From assembly GCF_009914755.1 (NCBI RefSeq), contig NC_060926.1: 64,000 nucleotides of DNA. One strand, written 5' to 3'. This DNA comes from the human T2T-CHM13v2.0 reference genome, Homo sapiens. The translations under genes and the position numbers were made by a program. Numbering within the stretch: the stretch's first letter is position 1; each line of letters opens with the position of its first letter. Shown in pieces: positions 1-13,607 of the stretch. The notes beneath the pieces are model-generated. The model had not been told where the DNA came from. It saw nothing but the letters and a program-made list of their open reading frames with translations, and searched no databases.

Positions 1-3142
<3,142 letters not shown>

Positions 3143-4203
3143 GTTTCTCTTCTGATGCTTCAAACAACATGTCAATTGAGTTGATATCATTTAGTCATAT
3201 GTTCAAAATTAGCAAAAAGATCCTCAATTTTCAATATATCTGCTCATTTAGCTTTAAAGAAAATAAAGCAGAAAACAGCATTCAGCCCAATGACATTTGA
3301 AGGAGATGTCTCACAACGTCTTAGGGCAGCTTCTAGGCTCCTTCAATGCAAAGGACATGCTAAGTTGTAGGATAAGAGCTTATGACAGATGAGGATCCCT
3401 TCAATCCATCTAAACATTCTCTTGATTTCTTACTCACCTTGTATTGTCCATTAGATAATTTGTATTGTCACATACCTCCAGTACAATTCATCGGTCAGAG
3501 GGTTAACAAAAACATGCTACTACAGAGGGTACAATACAGAGCTCCCAATTCACTAAACTCTGGGGAACGTTTTTAGAAGAAGAAAAATTCAGGGTCATAT
3601 TTCAAATGTCTCTGGGTTTAGGGTATGTTTTCACACCAGCTGTTCACCCTTTATCTGCAGATGCTATTCCAGATGTTTGACTTTGCTATAGGTTGGATCC
3701 TCCAATTACAGCGCTAAACTTATAGCCCATAGAATATAATTTCACACTTGTTTTTGTAACGACATTTTAAATAGTTTTTGCTTGTCAGTAACCAAATGAA
3801 TTAAATAAGCCAGAACTAGTCACCAAATAAAGGAAATTCACAAAAGGAGGGCAGGTGCTGTGTGGTTGGATCAGGTGCCCGTCATAAATGAGTTTCAGAC
3901 AGGTAGGAAGATAGGCTGAAAGAAGGGAAGAACAGGAAGACATCATAGCAGGCAACAAAAAACTGTACAGACAGGTGGACCTTTTAAGTCAGTGTTTCAG
4001 GTAGAAACACTGGTTGGCAGAATAACAAGATGTGGCAGAAGAACTTGGCAGCAGTTAGTTTAATGAATCTTGGACACTACACAGCAGGTAAGAGTTAGTA
4101 AGGATAAGTTCATGGGTCTGGGATTCTGAAGAAGGATCTGGGAATACTAATCTGTGTAATAGAGAGTCTTTGCTTCAGAGGGACAGGGACTAATGCTGGG
4201 ACT

Positions 4204-4321
4204 CTTGCAATACCTACAATATTTACTAATCACTACCAATGCTGAGATGCTTGCAATATCTACAATGCTTGCAATATCTACAATATTTACTAATCACTAC
4301 CAATGCTGAAATGCTTGCAAT
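4204..4321. repeat. Complex local tandem duplication (46-bp unit twice, separated by an 18-bp partial copy)
   Basis: 'cttgcaata(c/t)ctacaatatttactaatcactaccaatgctga(g/a)atg' at 4204-4249 and 4268-4313; partial copy at 4250-4267; stub at 4314-4321. Confidence 0.9.
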
Positions 4322-4577
4322 CTCTTCAAGAAAAAAGACAAATCAGAAAACCAACTTCTAGAACTGAGGCATGAGTCAAAAAGATCATCCATATACAATT
4401 AATGCTTAGTAGATAGATAGGCTACAGACTTGTAGTATTCTAAATTCTCCCTAATAGGAAGGGATTTGTTTTCAAGTTAAGAAGAGGCTCCTTAACTTGG
4501 AGTTCACACATCCCAATTGTGGTACTAATCTAGACCTTGTATTTGTATGGAGTGTGCTTCCAATATTGCTACCCTGT

Positions 4578-5120
4578 TGAAAGAGGAGAAAGGAAGAAAC
4601 TGGACAGAAAGGCAGTTAGGGTGGGTCCTCAGTTGAATTCTTTCCAACAAAAGAACAGCCTGTAGGCACAGATAAGGGAACTTGCACAGGCAGCTTGCCT
4701 AAGACATGTCCACAGCTGCACGATAAGAAAGGATGACTTGGCCAGACATGCCCACAATGGAAAATTCCATCCCCTGACACACATGCGCAATAAGCGGAAC
4801 AAAGCAATGTGGAGTAACTCAAGCTAAGGGCCTGCATGAACACTAGGAGGACAGGGTGGAGCTACCAGAAATTTGTGCCTTATGCAAATAAGACATCCAG
4901 CTCTCATTGGTTTCTTATAAAAGCTTTTGCATTCGACTGTAAAAACGGCAACCCTCTTCTGGGTCCCCTCTCTGTGGTGGAAAGCTTTCTTCTTTCACTG
5001 TTAAACTTTCACTCCAACCTCACCCTTAGTGTCCACTCTCCTTAACTTTCTTGGTCGTGAGACAAAGGACTCTGGCAATGAGAGACTACTACATTGCAGT
5101 GCATTGGCGAGACTGTAACC
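4578..5120 (+). mobile_element. Solo ERV1 LTR (MER4-group, MER66-like; subfamily tentative)
   Basis: Starts TGAAAGAGGAGAAAGGAAGAAAC and contains 'ggcagttagggtgggtcctc'. Candidate TATA 'ttataaaa' and 'gttaaactttc' poly(A)-signal region. Ends 'gactgtaacc'; 4-bp TSD ctgt (4574-4577 / 5121-5124). Confidence 0.7.
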
Positions 5121-5239
5121 CTGTTATTAGTACTTGGTTATCTTTAACTTCTCTTCTGTGTTCACGGTCTCCCTCACTGAACTGACTGACTATTCAGCAA
5201 GATCTAATTGCTGATTCTTGAGCGAACTCAAAAAGAAAG

Positions 5240-6550
5240 AATGTACATGTTGGTAATGTGAGATAAGGTATACTGTCATATACTGCTCATAGTACAAGTA
5301 AGTGAAGCAATATTTTCAGAGGGCAGTTTGTCAATATCTACAAATTTTAAAATTCCTGTTTAATCTGAAAATTTAACACCTAAGAATTTTTCCTGAAGAT
5401 TTTTGTAACTGCCCGAGGGGTTCACTTTGCCTGCTGCCTAGACAAAGCCAATTCATCAAGACAGGAGAATTGCAATAGAGAAAGGGTACTTCATGCAGAA
5501 CCGCCTGTGTAAATATTGTAGATATTGCAAGAGTCCCAGCATTAGGGAGACTCAAATAAGTTTCCCTAAGCATTCAGGGAGCAGAATTTTTAAGGATAAC
5601 TTGGTGGGCTGGGGGAAGCCAGTGAGCCAGGAGTGCTGATTGGTCAGGGATGAAATCATAGGAAGACAAAGCTGTCTTCTTGTGCTGAGTCAGTTCCTGG
5701 GTGGGGTCACAAGATCAGATGAGCCAGTTCATTGATCTGGGTGGTGCCAGCTGATCCATCAAGTGCAGGGTCTGCAAAATATCTCAAGCACTGATCTTAG
5801 GAGCAGTTTAGAGGGGGTCAGAATCTTGTAGCTTCCAGCTGCATGACTCCTAAACCATAATTTCTAATCTTGTGGCTAATGTTAGTCCTACAAAGGCAAT
5901 CTAGTTGCCAGGCAAGAAGGAGGTCTGCTTTTGGAAAGGGGTGTTACCATCTTTATTTAAACTATCAACTGTAAACTAAGTTTCTCCTAAAGTTAGTTTG
6001 GCCTATGCCCAGGAATGAACAAGGACAGTTTGGAGGTAGAAGCAAGATGGAGTCAGTTAAGTTAGATCTCTTTCACTGTCTCAGTCATAATTTTGCAGAG
6101 GCGGTTTCAATGTTGCAAAGATACAGGTCAAGAAATATTACATGCAAATTTATTTGTTACCACCAAAAATTAGAGATATTTTATATAGTTGTTATGATGA
6201 TTAAATATGTTAATATTTATAAATTGTTTAGAATAAAGTCAGGCATATAGTCAAGGTTTAGTTAATAAAATACGCATTGCCCTTAAAAGCAGAGTGATTA
6301 CTAAATATTTACTTATTTAAACAATAAAATATAAGATGATCTTAAAAGTAATGAGACAGATATTTCATAAAGATATAATACTGAGTAGAAAAACAATTTA
6401 CAAAACCATGCATGGTGTGATTCTGTTTTTATAAAACACACACACATAAATAAAATAGGAATACAACATATAAATATGTAACAGATGTACAATATACTAT
6501 GAAATATATTTTTACTATTTATTTTAATAAATTACCATACAATTAGGTAT
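5240..6550 (+). mobile_element. Ancient L1ME-like 3' remnant split by LTR8
   Basis: Degenerate L1 3' motifs ('catatactgct...ttttcagagggcagtttgtcaatatct', 'ataatactgagtagaaaaacaatttacaaaac') on both sides of the LTR. Confidence 0.5.
5404..6109 (-). mobile_element. Solo LTR8 (ERV1) with an internal templated insertion
   Basis: TG...CA ends ('tgtaactgcccgaggggttcac' ... 'ttttgcagaggcggtttca'). Clear reverse-complement homology to the LTR at 9682-10370. Confidence 0.85.
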
Positions 6551-6564
6551 TGTACTTGAAATTA

Positions 6565-6890
<326 letters not shown>

Positions 6891-7319
6891 TTAAGATAAG
6901 GACAATGAAGAAAATTCCTAGCATTGCTTTCATTTCTCCAAAGGGCTAAGAGGAAAAGACTATGCGTGCTTTGCTTATAATGCACAGTTAGAGTGGTACT
7001 AGATGATTCTCACTGAACCTTAGAAAAACCAGAAACTTTAGAGCTTTAAAGAGTAGCATTCCAACACAGAAGAAACAGTCTGTGAGGTTGTTGGGAACAA
7101 CTATTAAAATCAAAACATTTGCCATTATCTCCAAAGCTGATGACAGAAAAAAACTCAAGGTTTCTGAAGACACTCCCATGTTATTAGCAAAAGAAACGAG
7201 AAAAAAAAAGGTTAGAGAATTTCCTGGATGAAAAAAATTGATCGTTGGGTTGATACAGAGGTGTTTGCGCGAGCATCTGAGATTGAGGAGTCCTGAAAAA
7301 TCCTGTCTAATTTCCCACT

Positions 7320-7868
7320 TGTGATGGTTAATATTAAGTGTCAACTTGATTGGATTGAAGGATACAAGGTATTGTTCCTGGGTGTGTCTGTGCAGGTATT
7401 GCCAAAGGAGATTGATATTTGAGTCAGTGGACTGGGAGAGGCAGACTCACCCTCAATCTGGATGGGCATCATCTCATCAGCTGCTAGTGCAGCTAGGACA
7501 AAAGCAGCCAGAGGAATGTGGAAGGACTAGACTGGTTAAGTCTTCTGGCCTCTATCTTTCTTCCATGCTGGATGCTTCCTGCTCTCGAACATCAGACTCC
7601 AAGTTCTTCAGCTTTTGGAATCTTGGTGTTACACCAGTGATTTGCCAGGGGTTCTCGGGCTTTTGGCCACAGACTGAAGGCTGCACTGTTGGCTTCCTTA
7701 TTTTGCAGGCTTTGTGACTCTGACTGGCTTCCTGGCTCCTCAGCTTACAGATGGTCTACTGTGGGACTTCACTTTGTGATTGTGTGAGTCACTTCTCTTA
7801 ATAAACTCCCCTTCATTTATTCATCTATCCTATTAGTTCTGTCCCTTTAGAGAATCCTGACTAATGCA
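7320..7868 (+). mobile_element. MLT2A2 (HERV-L) solo LTR
   Basis: Starts tgtgatggttaatattaagtgtcaacttgattggattgaagg and ends gagaatcctgactaatgca; AATAAA at ~7800. Length of 549 bp and the 'ccacagactgaaggctgcactg' block favour A2 over A1. Confidence 0.88.
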
Positions 7869-9681
7869 TTCCCTATTTATTAAGTTTTCTTTGTTGAAGC
7901 CCTGCCTCTTCAAAGAAAATTTTCTTTATATAAAGTCCACAGTGAAAGTCAGTTTTCCAATTTTAGTTTTCCCTGACACCTACTAATATTGACTCTTCTA
8001 CTACAGCACTTTTTCATCTCACATCTCTAAGTTCTGTATTATTTCCTAATTGTGTATATAAAACTTAAATTGATTGCCCCCATCTTCCCAAATAAACTGA
8101 AAACTGCTTTGAGTAGTACCTTAAATTATATTTCACATCTTCATTATAGTTACTAAGAACAACACTTGGCATATTAGAGTTTTTCTGTAAATCCTAACTA
8201 AACGAGTAAACAAAACTCTGTTTTAATGTGATTGACAAGAGGGACAGAGGGCCCAACCATACTGCTGAGTGGTATGACAATTATGATTTGTACTATTTTT
8301 TTCACCATAATAATCACTAGAATTTTAACTCAATTAGAAATCTAATTATTCATAATTGAAAAGCTTGCTGTCCGTTAACTTACTCATCTGAATATATTCA
8401 GATTTCTCCAGTGTGTTATTTTTATTCTCACAATTTTGGCCTGGAAAAAATGTTTCATATGGTGCAATTAAGCGTCCCCCTCTGGGTGGTAAAGTCTCAT
8501 TTGTACATGTGGTTTCTATGTCAAGAAACTTTCAAGCTTTGCCACCCAATTCTGAGATTTTCCAGAAAAAGTGGTAAAGTGGTTTCAAATGTTTTTATTT
8601 CCGCTGGAAAGTTATTACAACTTCTTGTGAATGACAGGAAACTATAACTACCACTAAATATTCAGAAAAAAAGTTATGGGGCAATTAAGTAAAATTAAAG
8701 TACATCTTAAAAAAAACCCAAATGTTAATAAGACAGATTTAAAATTCAGCTCAGGTAACGATCAAAGTAATGTTAAGTGCTAAGAGCTTTATCTATGCAA
8801 ATATCTGTCCTTTAGAAATGAATGAAAGCTACAAATAAGCAATAAATAGTTTTAACTCCACTCACTGTTATTCACTTTTAATAATGTAACACAATTTGTA
8901 TTATTGTCTTAGAACTCAGTTCTTAAAAACAGGTATTTAGCAGCCCATGCTTTCACTTCCTATTACACTTTGCTACTCCAATTGCTTCAAGATTCAGTAC
9001 CTTCCTCAAAAATAACTCTTCAGAAGTCACAATGAGTCTAGGGTAATTGTATCTAATGGTTCCACAATGATCTGAATTATATCTCTAAGGCAACTTTGCT
9101 CTTTGATGCCGGCTTTCAATCGCATTTCCTTGGCTTCCTACATCAGTAGTTTTTAAGAACTCACATTTTCCCACAAGATTTAATGACCTCTAAGTCTACT
9201 TATGAGAAAAATAGAATATTTCTAACTTTTGGCTAACTGTTTAGAACAGTATGAAAGATACTTGAGAAATTGAAATCAATGATAAATAAAAATACTTGAT
9301 TAGGTTTAGTTTTTAGATTAAAAATTCTAGATTTCATTGCTGATATGATATTGGTAATATTAAACTGGAAGGTAAGATTGTGTTTTTAAACTTCTGGGTT
9401 CCCTTTTTATTTTACTTCTAACCCCTCTACCTCAGCATAGTATTTTATCCTCAGTGGCCACATGTGTATGGTAGACAGATACAGAAGGTGTGTGTAAGAA
9501 TCACTTACATTTAGTGAATCTTAAGTATGTTTTGCTCTGACTCTGTAGTTTACAATATTAAAGACAGGTCAATTGTCACTCGATTATATCTTAGAATGAC
9601 CACCCTCTATTCATATTTTTAAGTGAAATAAAATACAGAAGTATTTTGATTCTCATAATCTTTTGCTAGCTTAGATGTTCA

Positions 9682-10370
9682 TGAAACTGCTTTGCAAAAA
9701 TTATAACAGAAAATTATGACGGTGAAAAATATCAGACCTAATTGACACCATCTTGCTTCTCACCTCTAAACTGTCCTTGTTCATTCCTGGATGTAGGCCA
9801 AACTAACTCCAGGAAGGAATTTAGTGTATAGTTTAAATAATGGCCCTTCCCCAAAGGCCAAACTATTCTTGTAAAACAACTGAAAGGCCACCAACCACCA
9901 ATTCAAGATGAGAGGGGCTGGAATTCTAAATATTACCAGCCATTATTCCAGAGGTTGTGAGATTTGTAATTTCCCCAATTACTCTTGAAGGTAACATCAT
10001 TATTGTGAATGTCTTTTCAGGTTTTTACATTTCTAACAATCGAGTGGCTCCACCTGGACCTGCCAACCAGTTCCGTGGCCCCACTCAGGAACTCACTCAG
10101 CAAAAGAGAACAGCTGTGACGCCCTGTGATTTCATCCCCAAGCCGACAATCAGCACAGCACTCCCGAGTCACTGGCCCCCTACCCACCAAATTATCCTTA
10201 AAAACTCTGATCCCCAAGTTTTTGGGGAGACTGATTTGAGTAATAATGAACCTCCAGTCTCCTACACAGCCGGCTCTGCTTGAATTACTCTTTCTCTATT
10301 TCAATTCCCCTGTGTTGATAAATAGACTCTATCTAGGCAGTGGGCTAGGTGAGCCCCTTGGGCAGTAACA
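9682..10370 (+). mobile_element. Solo LTR8/LTR8A (ERV1)
   Basis: Starts tgaaactgctttgcaaaaattat and ends ccccttgggcagtaaca; imperfect 4-bp TSD ttca/taca. Confidence 0.85.
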
Positions 10371-11670
10371 TACATACCGGACAATGTAATCATTATTCTA
10401 AACTAGTTTGTTTTTGGTGGAAGTGTGTGGGTGTGTGTTCTAAAGTTTATTAACAAATAATTAATAAATAGCCTCCAGCACCATATGCATTGCATACTTG
10501 TAGAAGTAGATCTGGATATTGTTAGAACTCACCCTTAAATAAGTATGGGATTCTATTTTTTTTTTTAAAGTAGAAAAGTTAAATACAAACATAAGCATCT
10601 ATTTAAAGTAGAAAAGGAAATATAATGAAATGCAAATTTTTAAAAGTGTGATTTCTGTGAAATTCAGAAAATAATAGTTTTTTCTATTTGTACCTAATAC
10701 ACTTGTAAAATATTTCTTTTGCATTTTTAAATTGTGCATCTTTGGTTGCCTCTAGAAAAAACTATTATTTTAATATGCTTTTTTCCTAAAGAGAATATAA
10801 GTATAGTTCAGTCTTTCTTCTTCTATAATTGATTGAATTTTATTATTATTATTGATAGTTGGGATTCATGAGCTTCTCACACAGAGACACTTCGTGCTTG
10901 TAGTACTACTATAGGTTTTGGCCCACAAACCCATAAATTGTAATAAGTTCTACTGTTTGAGATTTCCTATAAAAAATAAAAATAATGCTTTGTGCATTTA
11001 AAATTACATATTACTTGTCTATATTTTACACAGAATTTATACTTTTAGTTGACATTGTTAAAAGCCTAATCCTTTGCTTTAATGTCTGTACATTTGATGA
11101 TACAAAAAATGTTTTATAAAGCAGCTTATGGTTTCATGCATTTCAGACCTTACTTCATCTGTACTTTTTGCTTATTCCTGAGGATATCTACTACTGTGGG
11201 CAAAATGACTTCCAGCCCTGCACCTTTGGGTCTTGATGCTGGGAGGGGAGTGGTCCTCAATGTAAAAGGTGGGCATAGTCCTGGAAGCCAAGTCTACTCT
11301 TGGACAGCTGCTTACTACACTCAACTCAAGCACAATGTTCTCAATGCAATATTCCTTAGTTAAATCTTAAAAATCCCTGTGGTCATATTGCACAGGTAGA
11401 TAGAAGAGGAGTGCAGCATTGTAGAAATGATAGTAGAAGGAGCAATAACTTAACCGAGTGAAAGAAAAATATCTTAATTTTGTAAATTTGGCAAACACAT
11501 GACATGTGAACATATTTCCAGGCTTACCTCAGAATCCGGAAAGAAATGCATGAAAGTGAGTTTTATTTTAAGTCTGAGCATACACAATGTTTTAAGCACT
11601 TGGCTGGCCACTTCACCTATAGTGTCTCATTTCATTTTCTCAAATAATCTTGACCTTTTGGAGGTATTTC

Positions 11671-12288
11671 TGTGATAGGAGTTATTAACAAATTATTTTA
11701 GGCAGATAGGAAAAAAGGGGCTCCTTGGAAGATTTTTCCCAGCTCTTGTCCAGCATGAAAGCCCTGGCTCTTAGACCCAGGCAGGCAACCTTTGATATGC
11801 AAATGCAAGCCGCTAGAAACTGGGTCCACCCAACGTGGTGATTCCCGCCGTTTTCCTCTTGCCCTTGTCCCTACATGTGCCTGGCAGCATGGCCACCCCC
11901 ACATATCCTCACAGGTGGAAAATCATGGCGCCCTGCATTTGCATATTAAAAGGCTAGGGTGGGAGGGCCAGTTTTTTCCGCAGGCTGCATGAATGACATG
12001 CCTGGTCAAACCAATCCACTGAGCCCTATGCAAATCAGACACCGCCTCCTCCAGCCATCAAATATAGCTGGCTGATAATACCTAAGTGTGGGGTGCCTTC
12101 TTTCGGCTTTGGAACCACCCTCCCTCTGTCTCTGTACTGGGGAGCCTCTTCCTTCTGCCCTCCTCCCTTCTTTCTTGCCTATTAAACTCCCTGCTCCTTA
12201 AAACTACTCCACGTGTGTCCATGTCGTTTTTTCTAATTCTACTCAAGACGAAGAACCTGGTATTCTTCTACTCATCAGAGCTGTATCA
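11671..12288 (+). mobile_element. Solo LTR9-family (ERV1) LTR inserted into a MIR
   Basis: TG...CA ends ('tgtgataggagttattaacaaattattttaggcagatagg' ... 'gagctgtatca'); ATTAAA at 12181; three octamer motifs. MIR-like sequence on both flanks. Confidence 0.78.
11790..12035. promoter_or_regulatory. Three POU/OCT octamer motifs within the LTR9-type LTR, one in a SOX/TCF-OCT-like composite
   Basis: ATGCAAAT at 11797-11804 (within CTTTGATATGCAAAT, 11790-11804), ATTTGCAT at 11937-11944 and ATGCAAAT at 12028-12035. Motifs only; function untested. Confidence 0.5.
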
Positions 12289-13500
12289 TCTCTACTTTAC
12301 ATATAACAAGCCAAAGACTCAACTAAGTTATATGATTCTCCAAGATTCTATGAGTAGTAAATGACTACACCGGGACTGTATTTCTCCAAAACCCATATTA
12401 GGCTCTTTACATAAATGAGTCACAGACATTGGTTGGCAGAGCAATTGCTGTCACATAAAAATTTCTGAGCCTCATCTCAATAGTCTCAGGTAGTTCTAAT
12501 GTAGGTAGCCTGAGGACAACCCACCAAAAAACATTGCTTTTATCATGCTGCTCTGATACACTTGAACCCCTTAATGCTCATTAAAATTAAATATGAACCA
12601 AGTATTCACTTAACTACTTAAAAACTTTCACTAGTAAACTTGACCTAAGATTAAAAATTCTTGATCAGAACTTGAGTTCAACCAAGAAAAAAGAAAAAAA
12701 AAAGAAAGAAAATAAAAGGATTTCAAAGAGATCGGAAAGAATCTTGATTCAGGTTTTTGAAAATATTTTGTCTTGTGCTTTAAGCAACCTTAGTGTCAAT
12801 ATCAGGTATACATAATTAAGTTAGCCTTCAAACATTTTATCTTACCCTTTTAGCTCTTATATACATAAACTGTCTCCCTGTTGACCGCGAGGCAAGTCTT
12901 CAATTATTTCTGAGTCCTGTGCCTGGCATACTTGGAGAAGCTGACTCTAGACAGTAGTCTTCACTTCAGTTAAGGGGGTGATTCTGGGAGACAACAGAAG
13001 GCAACTGCAAGAGGGCACGCCGACAAGATCATTAAAAGGGCTGTGAGAGTCCATGAATGAGAAAAGCTAGGGACCAAGACAGGTATCTTTTACTTGTGCT
13101 GTATGTACAGGGCTCAGTCACTACAGTAAGTATTTCTGTGCTGTTTCCCTTTATTTTTAACTGGGGGAAGAGGAAGTAAGGGGGCTAATCAGGACTAGCT
13201 ATAGACATATTTGGCTGGCAGTGGAAAATTACAGAAGCACTTCTGCCGTCACCTGGCCATGGTGTTTTTTGACATAGATGAAAAGAGCCCAGGGATCTGT
13301 CTAAAGAACTGGTAGAAATGCTCTCTTTTTAAGACCAAGCAAATTCATTCACACATGCTATTTTTTTGAAATGTATTTTCATGTTATTAAAATTCTCATA
13401 ATCATTACTAAAAGCAGTTAAGTGTTTCTTGTCCTCTAGTCAGATTTAGTAGTCAATTAAAAATATATGACCTTACAAAACAGAACTATCTCTCCTTAAA

Positions 13501-13518
13501 AAACAACAACAACAACAA

Positions 13519-13601
<83 letters not shown>
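13501..13601. repeat. Compound microsatellite (AAC)n-(AT)n-(AG)n
   Basis: Directly visible: about 6 AAC, 20 AT and 19 AG units. Confidence 0.97.

Positions 13602-13607
<6 letters not shown>

Noticed and set aside
4190-4321. Repeat array as CRISPR-like
   Set aside because: Units are contiguous tandem copies without unique spacers, there are no cas genes, and the context is primate.
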